NCBI RefSeq assembly: GCF_009914755.1
Contig: NC_060926.1
DNA length: 64,000 bases
DNA from: the human T2T-CHM13v2.0 reference genome, Homo sapiens
Direction: 5' to 3' (one strand)
Below, one piece after another: positions 40,701 through 54,652 of the stretch (the stretch's first letter is position 1; each line of letters starts with the position of its first letter). A model generated the notes under the pieces. That model was not told where the DNA came from. It searched no databases and saw only the letters and a list, made by a program, of their open reading frames with translations. The position numbers were made by a program, and so were the translations under genes.

Positions 40701-41169
40701 AGAATTACATCAGAATTATTGATAATAAGGCAAATAAGCTGCTTTCCAAGGGAAACGGGAAATCTGTATACTGTATAGTGATAAAAATGATGCCATTAAA
40801 CATCGTAAGTTAAGCTCTATAAATTACCCATACTCCAGATAGAAAAGCAAACCAAACAGAATTAACCCAGAAAAGGGATTTCAAATTATATAGTTAACAT
40901 TTGTTTTCCTTTTTTCTACCCTGGGACTTATTGTTATCTATTAGTCACCTTCCTTAGAAAACATCAAGTCTGTGGATAAATACACTTAATAGTGTTAGCA
41001 GGAATGCTATTCATGACAGACCTCAACATGTTGACTCGTACTTTATTTAAGCTATTATGAGCTTGGCGAAAATCTGAAAGAAAGACGATGCAATTTATTT
41101 TAGGAAATACTTCTTAAAAGTAAAGATTTCAAATGTGGGAGATATTCATGAATAGAAAGAGTTGGTTTT

Positions 41170-41330
41170 GCTCTCATTGGTTCTGCTTGTTTTGCTACTG
41201 TCTAGCTATATGAGGGACTTTAGGAAAGCCATTCCTAATAAGGTGGGTTTTAGTTTTCTCATCTGTGACATTAAGGAATTAGAAATGATCATGTAAAGGG
41301 ACCATTTCCTTCTGTTATACTATAGATTGT
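41170..41330 (+). mobile_element. MIR relic
   Basis: ctagctatatgagggactttagg..agttttctcatctgtgac..gatcatgtaaagggacc. Confidence 0.5.
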
Positions 41331-41429
41331 TATTGATACACAAAATGATTGGTTAATTCAAGTTCAATTTTGTTAACCTGAAATATTTTGAATTACTTTT
41401 GAGAGATCCTTGTTTAAAAGCCATAGGCA

Positions 41430-41433
<4 letters not shown>

Positions 41434-41482
<49 letters not shown>
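41434..41482. repeat. (TG)24 perfect microsatellite
   Basis: Directly visible. Confidence 0.98.
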
Positions 41483-41483
<1 letters not shown>

Positions 41484-41491
41484 TTTTAGCT

Positions 41492-41697
41492 CAGTGGTTA
41501 TCAATGGGGCAATGTTCCCTTTCAGCAGGCATGAAACAATGAGATATTATTGATTGTCACAGATATGGGAGAGCTACTGCATTGAGTGGGTAGAGACTAC
41601 AAATGCTGCTGAACGTCTTCTATGCACAGGAAAGCCGTCCCTTAACAAATAATTATTTGGTCCAAAATGTCAGTAGTGCCAAGATTGAGAAATCGTG
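41492..41697 (+). mobile_element. MER20 (hAT-Charlie)
   Basis: cagtggttatcaa..tgagtgggtagagac..aattatttggtccaaaatgtcagtagtgccaagattgagaaa. Confidence 0.85.
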
Positions 41698-43303
41698 CAA
41701 CTAGTTATGGTCCAGATTGATGGCATACCTCATCCTTCATGATATAGTGATCCAAGTGCCTTGTCATCTAAACCAAACAGAGCAGAATCTCCAACTCTCC
41801 CTGCCCTGAGAAAAGGGACTCTATTTTCTGTCAGACAGTAAGGATTGGAGACCGTATTTGCTCTCGTGCTTGAGAGCCCACATCATTATTGGGTTAACAG
41901 TCATAGCTAGAGAATTCAGTCTGTGTATTTATTTTATTAGTGTTATTTTCCCTTTCTCGTAATGTAACAATTTTTATAAATGTTTCATGGGCTATGAAAG
42001 AAGGGCATTTTTCATTTTCATGCCACTGCTTTAGCAATGTATAGATACAATCAATATTATGGATTGTGATTTAGGTGGGTGTTCTATATATTTACAGTCA
42101 ATTAAAAACCATTGAAGAGCTTTTCATTGATTTCATTAATTTCTATTATCTTAATAATTCTATATTCAGGCAGGGCTACTTTAGCTATCTGTGTGTATGT
42201 GTGTTTCCGTGTGTGTAAATGTATAAATACATATACATGTGTGTGTGTGCATATACATATAAAATCAAAGGCATACCTAGACCTAAACAAAATATTCTGT
42301 TCTCATGATGTAATTAATCTCATAAGCAAGATACCATTCTCTGTGTGACACAGTTTTTTTTTCTAGTTAGAATTCACATTCACTAAATGTTTAACACTCT
42401 CTTGATTTCACTTTAAAAATAGAACATCAGGCTCACATATGGCTGCTCTCTACACTAGAACTACCCTCAGGGGTGCACAAATTGAATACACTCAGTATTT
42501 TTCTCCTGGAGTTTTTTAAAAACTCCATTTATTTCCTTAAACTTTTGAGACAACAGGGCTGATGTTTTCTGTAATGAAGTTAGCTAAATGAGCTTTTTAT
42601 TGAAATTTATTCAATAAGATTCATTCTTCATGTGTCAATCAGATATCACGATTACCATGCTCAAATCCAAATTCAAATTTTTGTTTTATGAGATTTCCTA
42701 CACTTCTGGAGACTTGAATTCTGGTCTTCTCTAACAGTCATTATCTATTTATCTTTAAATAAATAACTTCTGTACACTGTGGATTGCTTTATTTATACTT
42801 TGGTAATAGTTTTCTGCTCAATTTGACCCAGAGATAGGCTCAGGTAGTAATATTAAGGGCTTCTGAAAAATATCAATTACTATACATATATGAGTAATGG
42901 TGGTAGTATAATTTACACATTAGACAGCAAAGCAAATCAACAAAAACTAAATTAAATAGGGCAAAAAGATGCTGTGGTACGAAATTTTCTGGATAATTTT
43001 AGTTTTAGATCATGTTGTTAATTTATAATTGAGAATTTGATAAATTAGTTCAATCTTCATTACCAACCATTTGAAACACTGGCTGATATCATGGCCAGGT
43101 AAATTGTGTCCTTTTTTTATTAAACGTAGTTGACTGAACACTTGCTTTTCACACATTGAATTGGGTCCTGGCAATACTTGGATGAATCAAATTGTTTCCA
43201 TATCCTTGAGAAACTGCCAGTGCAGGCAAAATAGGGTAACAGATGTAATAATAAATGCATGCACAGCATAGATTGGAGCAAATGGAAGCACTGACAAACT
43301 CTT

Positions 43304-44762
43304 CTTTTTTAAAAAAAATAATTTTCATTTTTTTGCTGATCCATAATGTGGTACATATTTTGGAGGTACGTGTGATAGTTTGATGCATGTATATAAGATT
43401 AATGCTCCAATTAGAGTAATTGGGATATTTATCACCTCAAGCTTGTATCTTTTCTTGGTGTTGGGAACGTTTCAGTTCTTCTCTTCTTGCTTCTTTGAAA
43501 TATATTTTTAAAATGTTAATTATCATCCACCTACTATACTGTCAATCACTAGAACTTATTCCTTCTGTCCGCATTTTTGTAACCATTAACCAACTTCTCT
43601 TCATCCCTCCCTCCCCAATACCCTTCCCAGCCTCTGATAACCACCATTCTACCCTCTATCTCCATGAAATCCACTTTTTTAGCTTCCACATGAGTGATAA
43701 AATGCAATATTTGTCCTTATGAGATTAGTTAATTTCACTTAACATAATGGCTTCTAGTTCCATCCATGTTTCTGCAAATGACAAGATTTTATTCTTTTTA
43801 TGGCTGACTAATATTTCTATACACATGCACACATATATATATATATATATGTATCACATTTCTGTATTCATTCATCTGTTATTCCATATATTGGCTATTG
43901 TGTATAGTGCTGTAATAAACCTAAGAGTGCAGATATCTCTTCAACATGCTGATTTCCTTTCTTAGGCTGTGTACCCAGCAGCGAGATTGAATAATATGGT
44001 AGTTTTATTTTTAGTTTTCTGGGGAAGGAACACTATATTGCTTGTTTTTCATAGTGGCTATACTAATTTACATTCCCACCAACAGTGTGCAACAGTGTGC
44101 GAGAGTTACCCTTTCTCCACATCCTCCTTACCATTCATAATTTTTGTCTATTTGATAACAGCTCTTTTAACTGTGATGAGATGGTGTCTCATTGTGGTTT
44201 GATTCTAATTTCCCTGATGATTAGTGATGTTCAACGTTTTTTCATATGCCTGTTGACCATCTTTATGTCTTCTTTTGAGAAACGTCTATTCGGGTCCTTT
44301 GCCAATTTTTAATTGGATTATTATTGATTTTTTTTGCTATTGAGTTGTTTGAGTTCCTTATATATTCTGATTATTAATGCCTTATTGTTTGGATAATTTG
44401 CAAATATTATCAAATTCTGTTGGCTGGCTCTTTACTTTGTTGATTTGTTTCCTTTGCTCTGCAGAAGCTTTTTGGCTTGATTTAATCCCATTTGTCTATG
44501 TTGCTTTGCTTTTGTTGCCTATCTTACACAAAAAATCTTTGCCCAGATTAATGTCCTGAAGAATTTCCCCAATGTTTTCTTCTAGTAGTTTCATATGTTC
44601 ATGTCTTACATTTAAGTCTACAATCCACGTTAAGTTGATTTTGTATATGGTGAGAGATAGGGGTCAAGTTTCATTCTTCTGCATATGTATATCTCGTTTT
44701 CCCAGCACCATTTATTAAGGAGCCTGTCCTTTTTCCAATGCATGTTCTTGGCACCTGTCTAG
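43304..44762 (-). mobile_element. L1MA 3' portion (5'-truncated)
   Basis: Reverse L1MA 3' UTR and ORF2 end; TSD-like gacaaact at both flanks. Confidence 0.92.
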
Positions 44763-46889
44763 TGGACAAACTTTTAATTTTTCTGTGAGTAAAAGCATTT
44801 GGACAGATGTTATTGGGAGTGGTAATATCATTCTTTGTTTTACAAAACAACTCTGTTAATAGTGGAAATGTTAGGTCAAAAGGGTGAAAAGTGTTTTTCA
44901 GAGATATCAATAAAAGTCTATTGCAATGCAAAATAATGTATTGGGTATGGAATAGTTACAAAAATCTTTGTGATCTTGATTAAGAAGTGATCATTCTACA
45001 AATAGTGACATGTTGAACATATACCATGTTCTTACCTCTGTGTTTGTCATCTCATATAAACTAAGTGCAATAGATAAAATTTGGTTTAATTTGTCTCTAC
45101 AAATTTAATTGTAAGAGTTTAGGATTTGGGATATCATTAACTCTTTTAAATCTAGAGACAAGCACATTGCAAATAGATTTTTTTTTTTAATTATCAGGTA
45201 TTAAAGACAACTGAGAAGTGTTATACTGAAATACTTAAATGACATAATTTAAAGATTAAAATATTGAGGTAAGTGTTAGGGTATAGGTCTCACTTAGAAA
45301 GTACCTGATTTTTGTTCATTGGATTCTTAAGCACACTCATTAGAACTCAAATATTAGACATAATCAATCAACCACTTTTAAACATTATTTATTGAGGCCC
45401 ATTTAGAATCTTGGCAAGGTATGATGCTGGATGTTACAGAGAATAGGGTGGGTATTGAAAAACAACAATAATGAAAAATAGGACAGGAACAAACACTTGG
45501 GAGTTTAAAAAATATGGAAAGCTATTGGTCTAATTTGAAATTTTCTTTTTCTGGTTCTTTAAGATCATTCAGTTTATGTGTACAACTGTATTTTGAGGTA
45601 GAAATTGGGATATATATATGAGGCATTTTAAACTGAACCATCTTTAATTAATAATTTATTCTACCCCAATAATAATTAATATTCTAGCCTACCAATAGTA
45701 AATTCAAAATTGTGGTCTAACAGTATGTAAGATACTGCAATTTCACAAAGTATAAGATACAATATTTCTCAAAAAGAAGCATATAGTCTCATATCGGTAA
45801 GTAATCACCTGACTATGTGACGTTAAATCAGTGTCATTTATTGATAATTACACACCAAAGGAATGCAGCATTTTAGAGTCGTAAGAGACTTCCAAAATCC
45901 TCTAATCTGGCCTCTTACATGATTTCATGGAAAAGATGTTTGAATTAATTCAAAATAATGGATAATAGGGTGAAGACATTCCCTAATACCAGCAAGGAGA
46001 TTTCTACTGAATTAACTCTCTTCTAGTGGATAGCTCAAGGGGCAACCTTTTTTATACATACAAATCACCCTTTGATTGTAACCTCTTACGTAAGTTTTCA
46101 GCATTAGAGAAGAAATATATTTGCCTATTTCTAACTTTATAGAGAGGATTGAAATTGACCCAGTGCTCCATCTCATCTCATGCCATTCAAATCACTACAC
46201 AGATTCCGAAAAGGAGTCTATGAGGATGAAGTGGAGTGAAAATGATTAAAAGAGGAACTTGCTAGAAGTGGTTTAAGTTAAGTGTGTTACTCAATGATCT
46301 TCAGGTTGATAAGCTCAACTTTAGTATTATCTAAGTTATTTATGACAGTTTCACAGATAAACGTATATGTGGTGCTTTGAAAATTGAAAAACGATGCTGG
46401 ATAGGAAAACAGGTGGCAACTGAAATATTCATAATCCAATGTCCCTTTACCTTAATCATGGACTAAACAACAGTTTACAGTACAGTGTGTGATTATATTA
46501 AGAATATGACTAAACATTTATGTTCATCTAGTAGAAAATAGGTGTGAATTTTGAAAGTGATAAATGACTACCTTGGTGGTATTGTAAGAGCTGTCACCAA
46601 AAATGAGCAAAAATGATACAACGTTTTGTTGTGTCTAAATTTTTATTCAAACAATATAATTTCTTTTGTAACATATGTCTCATTTTATTAAATTCATTTT
46701 ATGTGCCACATATTGCCAAACAGCTCACATTCAAGTACTTCAGGAGAAAAAGTTGTATCTGCTTTGTATATTGAAAATAATCATAAGTTTCTTCATATGA
46801 CTAGGGATTCAAGCTGAAAAAAATGAGAGATGGGCCTGTTAACGTGGATGAAATCTCAAATTAAACAAAAACCATGATTAAAAAATGGT

Positions 46890-48282
46890 GAGAGTAAGCA
46901 CATGAAAAGATGTTAAACATCACTAACCATTAGGAAAATGCAAATCAAAACCACAATGAGACACCACTTCACATTCATTAGAATGGCTGTCATGAAAAAA
47001 ATATTGCAACAACAACAAAAATAACAAGTGTTAACAAGGATGTGGAGAAATTAATTGGAATCTTTGTGCATTGCTGCTGCGGAAGAAATGGTGCTTCCTC
47101 AAAAAAGTTTGCATAGAATAACTACATGATAAAGAAATGCCACTGCTATGTATGCTAGGTATATACTCAAAAGAATGGAAAACAAAGACTTGTACATATA
47201 CTTGCGTGCCAATTATTATACCAACATTACTCTCAGTAGCCCCCCACTCCCCGAAAAGTAGAAACAACTCAGATGTTTATTGATGGATGAATAGAAAAAC
47301 AAAATGTGGTATATACATGCAATAAAATATTATTTAGCCTTAAAGAGGAAGGAAATTCTGACACATGCTATCCCATAGATGAATCCTAAAATCATTATGC
47401 TAAGTGAAATAAAGCAGACACAAATGGACAAACAGTATGATTCCACTAACACTATGTACCTAACACAGTCAATTCATGGAAGCACAATGTAGAATAGTGG
47501 CTAAGATGGTCATGGAAGCACAATGTGGAATAGTGGCTAAGATGGTCATGGAAGCACAATGTGGAATAGTGGCTAAGATGGTCATGGAAGCACAGTGTGG
47601 AATAGTGGCTAAGATGGTCATGGAAGCACAGTGTGGAATAGTGGCTATGATGGTCATGGAAGCACAGTGTGGAATAGTGGCTAAGATGGTCATGGAAGCA
47701 CAGTGTGGAATAGTGGCTAAGATGGTCATGGAAGCACAGTGTGGAATAGTGGCTAAGATGGTCATGGAAGCACAGTGTGGAATAGTGGCTAAGATGGTCA
47801 TGGAAGCACAGTGTGGAATAGTGGCTAAGATGGTCATGGAAGCACAGTGTGGAATAGCGGCTAAGATGGTCATGGAAGCACAGTGTGGAATAGTGGCTAA
47901 GATGGTCATGGAAGCACAGTGTGGAATAGTGGCTAAGATGGTCATGGGAGCACAGTGTGGAATAGTGGCTAAGATGGTCATGGGAGCACAGTGTGGAATA
48001 GTGGCTAAGATGGTCATGGGAGCACAGTGTGGAATAGTGGCTAAGATGGTCATGGGAGCACAGTGTGGAATAGTGGCTAAGATGGTCTGGGGAGACGGAA
48101 TAATGTGAAGTTATTATTTAATGAGTACGAAATTTCAGTCTGGAATGATGAAACGTGTCAGGACATAACAGTGATGATGTTTGCACTGCAGTGTGAAAAC
48201 CCTTAACACCACTGAACTGTACACTTAAAAATGGTTAAAATGATCATTTTATGTTACATATATTTTATCACAACAAAAATAG
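46890..48282 (+). mobile_element. L1MB 3' end containing a 36-bp minisatellite
   Basis: aagcacatgaaaagatgtt..gcaaatcaaaaccacaatgaga..; 3' end ccactgaactgtacacttaaaaatggttaaaatg. Confidence 0.92.
47475..48086. repeat. 36-bp minisatellite, exactly 17 copies
   Basis: Unit catggaagcacagtgtggaatagtggctaagatggt; 612 bp = 17 x 36. Confidence 0.98.
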
Positions 48283-48923
48283 AATATTTTAATCTTGACA
48301 AACGTAACCACAGAAAACAACTTACAAAATAGAATTTCAGAAATTTTTGCTAAATTGGAATACATGCTGTTTTATTTCTACGAGAAGATGGATAGTAGGT
48401 TATTTGGAGCTGAAGAATTATAATGCAGCTTCCCCAAATTGTGATCTCCTATGTGGCAGTGGTTAGAAACAAATAAAATTCTTATCTCTTATCCTTAAAG
48501 AAAATCGAAATTACCACACATGTATTTATTCAGATAGCTGTTCTGAGTTAGACGGCAAAATAGAGCTTTTATTAAAAAGTAGGATATATTAAATTTAAAC
48601 ATATATAATGTGTAGATCAAACATTCAAAAAGCAGAACTAATTAAAAACTGGATAAACATTTTAGACCATATTAAAAATTTTAGGCCGCCTTTCTAAAGT
48701 CTAGATTACATTGGATTACCATTGTAGAATTGAAGAGTGGTTGGTTTTGAATTTTACAGTTGTAATTGCAAACTTGCAAAAATATATATTTTAGGTGCTA
48801 CTATTTCTTAATTTTCATTTTGTAAATTAACTAGCTCTTTTGAACAGCATTTTTTTTTCTTAGTATGATGCCTATGAGAAAAACTACCTGCCTTGGAGGA
48901 ATTTGTAATAGAGAAAGATAATA

Positions 48924-48951
48924 TGTGTGTGTGCGTGTGTGTGTGTGTGTG
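48924..48951. repeat. (TG)n microsatellite, interrupted
   Basis: Directly visible. Confidence 0.9.
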
Positions 48952-49264
48952 AGTGCATATGTAAATATTTCCATATATTATATGAAAAGTGAAGTTGAAT
49001 AACAAGAGAAGTTTTTCTTTGCTAAGGAAAAAATACATTTGTTTTTCATTAAGTAAAGATTATTATACTGGCATTATTTTGTTCTTACATTGGTTTTCAG
49101 AAAGTTCAATGGCATATTCCGCTGTATGAGCCATGCAGAGCTGCATTTATCTACTGTATTATCTTCCTCCCTTTTTTCTAGATATTCCTTTTTTGTCTGT
49201 GTTTTTCTTCCTGCTGGTTTAGTGTTATGCATATCTTATTATTTTACTATGCAATTTCTTATCT

Positions 49265-49913
49265 TGTTGTACCCAAGCGAGTTAGTGAGAACGCCACACT
49301 ATGAGATGAATCAAGAGTCCTTTATTAAGCCGGCGGCCAAAGAGACGGCTAACGCTCAAAATTCTCTCGGCCCCGAGGAAGGGGCTTGATTAACTTTTAT
49401 ACCTAGGTTTAGGAAGGGGAGGGGGACTCAAATGCAATAATTCTACAGAAGTAAAAACATGCAAGAATCAAAAGAAGCAAAATGGTTACAGAGAGATAAA
49501 CAATTTAAAAGACAAATGGTTACAAAAAGAGCAACGGTACCAGGTGCAAGGCTCTAAATCTTTCATTATAATTAGATACAGGGAGTATGCCGGACAGGAA
49601 CTCAAGGCTTTATGTTTTCTCTCTTTAAGAAAAATCCTGGGAACTTCATACATTGTTGGTGCTAGTACCTTATCAGTTCATTGGGCTCCTTTGAAATGCT
49701 GAGGATCTGCTTACACAGGTCAACTCCTGGCAGAAGCGGGTTGGGTAAGGAGCCCTTAGTGTCTTGTAAATTATGGGGTCAATTGGAGTTTTTCCGGCTT
49801 TCCCAGCTAGAGAGAGTCTTATTTACATGAGAAGCAAGGCTAGGTGATTAAAGAGACAAGCAGGATAAAATTCAAAGTAGCGAGTTAGAGTAAAAACAAG
49901 GTTAGGCATTTCA
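49265..49913 (-). mobile_element. LTR6-like (HERV-T/HERVS71) ERV1 solo LTR
   Basis: Reverse strand TGAAATGCCTAACCTTG...CTCGCTTGGGTACAACA; perfect 4-bp TSD ATCT; many CpGs retained. Family from memory. Confidence 0.8.
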
Positions 49914-50548
49914 ATCTTAACGTCAGAAGATTTTGAGGTTAAATAATAAAACCAAATCTAATAAAAGTAAATTATAAAATTGGTCACAGGAAAAAAAGGG
50001 GGAAATAGATAAATATAATGTAAAGAGCCAAAGGTGAGTTGAATATAGTGCTGTACTGAATCCCGAGTTGGGATTAACCTAGACTTGCAGCTGGAGTTCT
50101 TCAGCAAGCTGTGATGTCTCTGACCTAGATTTAGCTATTTGATATGAGATCTTGTAATAGGTGAATTTTGTTATGTGAAGTTGTGGGGGATGAAGTTGGA
50201 AAGGACTTTTTATGTGACCTAGAATCATCTGTTTGTCATTTGAAGTCAGATGAACTATTCTCTCTTCTGGGAATCTTTCCTACTTCTGCCTATTCATATT
50301 TAGGGTAAATGATTATTGTGTTTATCTGAGATGCCCTATGGTTATGTTTGAATATTACTTACCTGTCTCAACAATGTTTAATACGGTAGCCACTAGTCTA
50401 TGTTAGACTATTGAGCACTTGAAATGTAATTATTTGGGGCTCTGAGTTTCTCAAATCACATGGTTGGAATAAATTTAGACTGCATACATGTGGAGGGACA
50501 GACCTAGTTATTTGATTCATCTTTCCCATGATGAATTTAAACTTTTAA

Positions 50549-50891
<343 letters not shown>

Positions 50892-51129
50892 GACAAGTTT
50901 TTTTTTTAAATTTGTTGCATTGGTTAAGTTTTTTTGTCTTCACTGTGCTTGTACTCTGTTAAGGTCCTAGATTTAATGCACAAGCCTCAGTTTTAACCAA
51001 TTAGTTTTGGTAGGCCCAAAGCTCACTGGCTCTGTAAGAGGATCAGAATCTAATTCCTTGATCAGATATCCAGGTCCAGTGCTCCTCTGCTCCTACCCCT
51101 TGTCACCACGGCTCTTGCAATATATTATC

Positions 51130-51167
<38 letters not shown>

Positions 51168-51174
51168 CGTGTGT
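51130..51174. repeat. (TG)n microsatellite, interrupted
   Basis: Directly visible. Confidence 0.93.
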
Positions 51175-52399
51175 CGTTTCATTAGAAATCTCTAGGTGTT
51201 ATTTTAGGATTGTTTCTGAGTTAGCGTAATTCCTGATTTGGGGGATCAAGAAGATTTTATTAACAGTATTCAGTGTCCAGTGGAATGTTGCTTAGGATTT
51301 GTAAGAGAGGAAGAAGATCAAAATAGTGCTTTCTGAAGATTTTTCTGGTTGTTTGCCTGTGAGCATATTACAAAGGAAAGACAGTCGAACAAGATGCCAT
51401 TTATTTAATGGCTTTGATGATGAATGAGAGGAAACTTGTTTTAAACTGAACACAAATCTAAAGACAAATTTACTAAATATAATTTGTCCTTTTCAGATCT
51501 ATGTACAGTTACTCTCCCTTACAACGATATTAAAAACTCTCACAGACATTTTTTTTCTCCCAAGAGGATTACATTATTGAGAAATGTAAGGGGCCTTAAC
51601 ACTTGCCGGAATAATTAATATTTTGTCCGTCATCTATCTAAGATGAGTTGTCTCGAACAGTTCTGTATCTCATGTGGCTTTAGTTTGATCTTAGAATACT
51701 GGCTTAGAAACCTAGGGATAGCATGGTCTGGATAAAAAGGAAGGTCTGTAACAATGATTGAGGCTATTGGTCTATATTGCAAAACATTTTGCACATTTGT
51801 ACTTTTTAAAGTTTCTCTTTTTTATTTTACATTGATGCTAATAAAAAGGCTTTTAAAAAATTTACCATTATGTTCTAATAAAAGTCCTTGCTTTGATTTG
51901 GAAAGGCTAAGTTATGAGACAGCCACATAATTTTCATTAATATCAATCATGTGTACAAATATTTTAGCATGAATTCTTAAAAGCTTACCACGATTTGAGC
52001 ACAGTTTTGTTGACTGATGCTTTCAACTTTCAAGGCAGAAGATATTCAAAAGTAGCAAATACCCTCTCCAGACTTTTTTCTCTGAATGTGAAAAGCCTAT
52101 AATTAGCAAGTATTTTGTCACTTGGTAAGGGAAATGCTTCAGAGATAAACAACTCATGGACTGTGAAACACTGTAGCAGAATTCCAAACATTTAGATTTG
52201 GAAGTTTTTTATTCATTCGATATTTGAGTGCCTGTTAACGTGAATATGCAGTGCTGAATTGGACAGATTTTACTCTAATGGAATTAAGAATCTGGAAGAG
52301 AAGACAGACATTACATTTATGATTATAGATAGGATATACTGTAGGTAAGGAGAAGTGTTGAATTTTCTGAATGTTTATATCAAAGTAATTTAGGTCAAG

Positions 52400-52583
52400 A
52401 TTATGATTCACAAAATGTGGTTCTCAGACAAGTAGCATTAACATCATCAGGAAGCTTCTTAGAAGTGCAAATTCTAGGCTCCACCCAAGACATACTGAGT
52501 CAGAAATACTGGGGATGGAACTCAGCAATCTGTGATTTAATGTTTTCTAGGTGGTGCTCATTGCTCAAGATTGAGAATAGCTG
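52400..52583. mobile_element. MER5A (hAT-Charlie)
   Basis: caaaatgtggtt..agcattaacatcatcaggaagcttcttagaagtgcaaattctaggctccaccc..ctgagtcagaaa. Confidence 0.85.
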
Positions 52584-52592
52584 TTCTAGGTC

Positions 52593-52780
52593 AGAGTTTC
52601 TCAACTTGAGCACTATTGATATTTGGGCCAGAAAATTCTTTGTTACAGGAGTCTGTTTCGTGCATTGCAGTTTGTTTAGCAGCATTCCTGGCCTCTAACC
52701 ATTAGATGCCAGTAGCATCCCCCAGTAGTGACAGCCAAAGATGACACCAGAAATTGCCAAATATCTCCAGAAGGCAAATT
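52593..52780 (-). mobile_element. MER20 (hAT-Charlie)
   Basis: cagagtttctcaacttgagcactattgatatttgggccag..tttagcagcattcctggcctct..agatgccagtagca. Confidence 0.88.
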
Positions 52781-54652
52781 CTTATTAGCAGTTCCCTGCT
52801 TCCCCTCCCCCACATTGCCCCAGGCAATACTCAAATGACTTGCCCTGCCTTTTATCTTATCCTATAGTGTGTGGTAAGGTGCTCTGAAACAGGACAAAGG
52901 AATTCCACCATGTTTATTCATTATGAAAGAAGTAAATTTGAGCCCAAGACCAGAGATGGTCCAAGTTCTGGTCATTTTAGTCTTTCATTTTTTGCCTTGT
53001 TTTCAACCTATTTTTCTTCTCACTTCAATAAATACTCTTATATATTAATCCTGTTTTATCCTTAAATAGTAACACATTCTGTTTATGTTCTAAACTTAGT
53101 GATTTGATGAATCTCATGTAATTAACATGACGGTTAGACTCAGGCACCTGCACTTTCCAAAGATCTTTGAACATAATTAAGAAAGTGAAGGGCATAATTT
53201 TAATAGTAAATCAAAATATTCTCATTGATGAATTATGTTATAATAAGTCTCTGTCAATCACAGATTCTCTTGGGAATTTGTTTCTTTCCAAGAAGTGCTG
53301 AGTCTTTCTCTGTAGTTACTCATCTATTATATTTCAAAAGTGTTTCTGAATCCATGGTTATGAAGTAGGAATATCCAGTTTCTTATCTGTCTGTTAACCA
53401 AGTTCCAAAGTGTTTTAGTTTTCTGGGTTTTAGACTATAGGTGGTCCTGTTTGAGATTGCTAAGACCCAAGTAGATAAGAGTAGTTGCATTTAAAAAGCA
53501 GAGATTACTGCAAGTATAGAAGTAATGCATTTTGGTAGGTTTGCAAACATATGTACACTTTCTAAAATGTCTAGATAGCTGTGTACCTATGGAATTTTTT
53601 CACAGGTTAGTTTTGCTGGTAGGCCTATAACAAGATTCAATTATCATTAATATTTGGCTCACATTAGCTAACTCATAAGGGTCAGTGATATGGTTTGGCT
53701 CTATGTCCCCACCCAAATTTCATCTCAAAGTGTAATCCCCGTGTGTCAAGGGAGGCACCTAGTGGGAGGTGATTGGATCATGAGGGAAACTCCCCCATGC
53801 TGTTCTTATGATAGTGAGTTCTTATGAGATCTGATGGTTTTATAAGTGTGGTTACCCTGCTCTCTCTCTCTTTCCTGTCACCTTTTGAAGAAGGTACTTG
53901 CTTCTCCTTTGCCTTCTGCCATAATTGTAAGTTTCCTGAGGCCTCCTCAGCCATGCAGAACTGTGAGTCAATTAAATCTCTTTCCTTTATGAATTACACA
54001 GTCTTGGGTATGTCTTTATAGGAGTGTGAAAACAGACTAATATAAGAAATTTGTACCAGAAGTGGGGTACTGCTATAAAGATAACATGAAAATGTGGAAG
54101 CAACTTTGGAACTGGGTGACAGGCAGAGGTTGGAACAGTTGGGAGGGCTCAGAAGAAGACAGGAAGATATGGAAAAATTTGGAACTTTCTAGAGACTTGT
54201 TGAACAGTTTTGACCAAAATGGTGATAGTGATGTGGACAATGAAGTCCAGGCTGAGGTGATCTTAGATGAACAGTTTCCTCAGAGATGAGGAACCTATTG
54301 AGAACTGGGGCAGAGGTCACTCTTGCTATGCTTTAGCAAAGATACTGGTGGAGTTTTGTCCCTGCCCTAGAGATCTGTAGAACTTTGAACTTGAAAGAGA
54401 TGATTTTGGGTATCTGGTGGAAGAAATTTCTAAGCGGCAAAGCATTCAAGAGGTGACAGAGCATAAAAGTTTAGAAAATTTGCAGCCTGACCATGTGGTA
54501 GAAAAGAAAAACCCATTTTATGGGGAGAAATTCAAGCTAGCTGCAGAAATTTGCATAAGTAATGAGGAGCTGAATGTTAATAGCGAAGACAATGAGGAAA
54601 ATGTCTTCAGAGCCTGTCAGACCTCCATGGAAGCTCCTTTCATCACAGGCCT

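Noticed and set aside
47469-48108. 210-aa and 194-aa ORFs as real genes
   Set aside because: Both are by-products of a 36-bp repeat inside an L1 3' UTR; no promoter, splice or homology support. Kept only as a speculative note.
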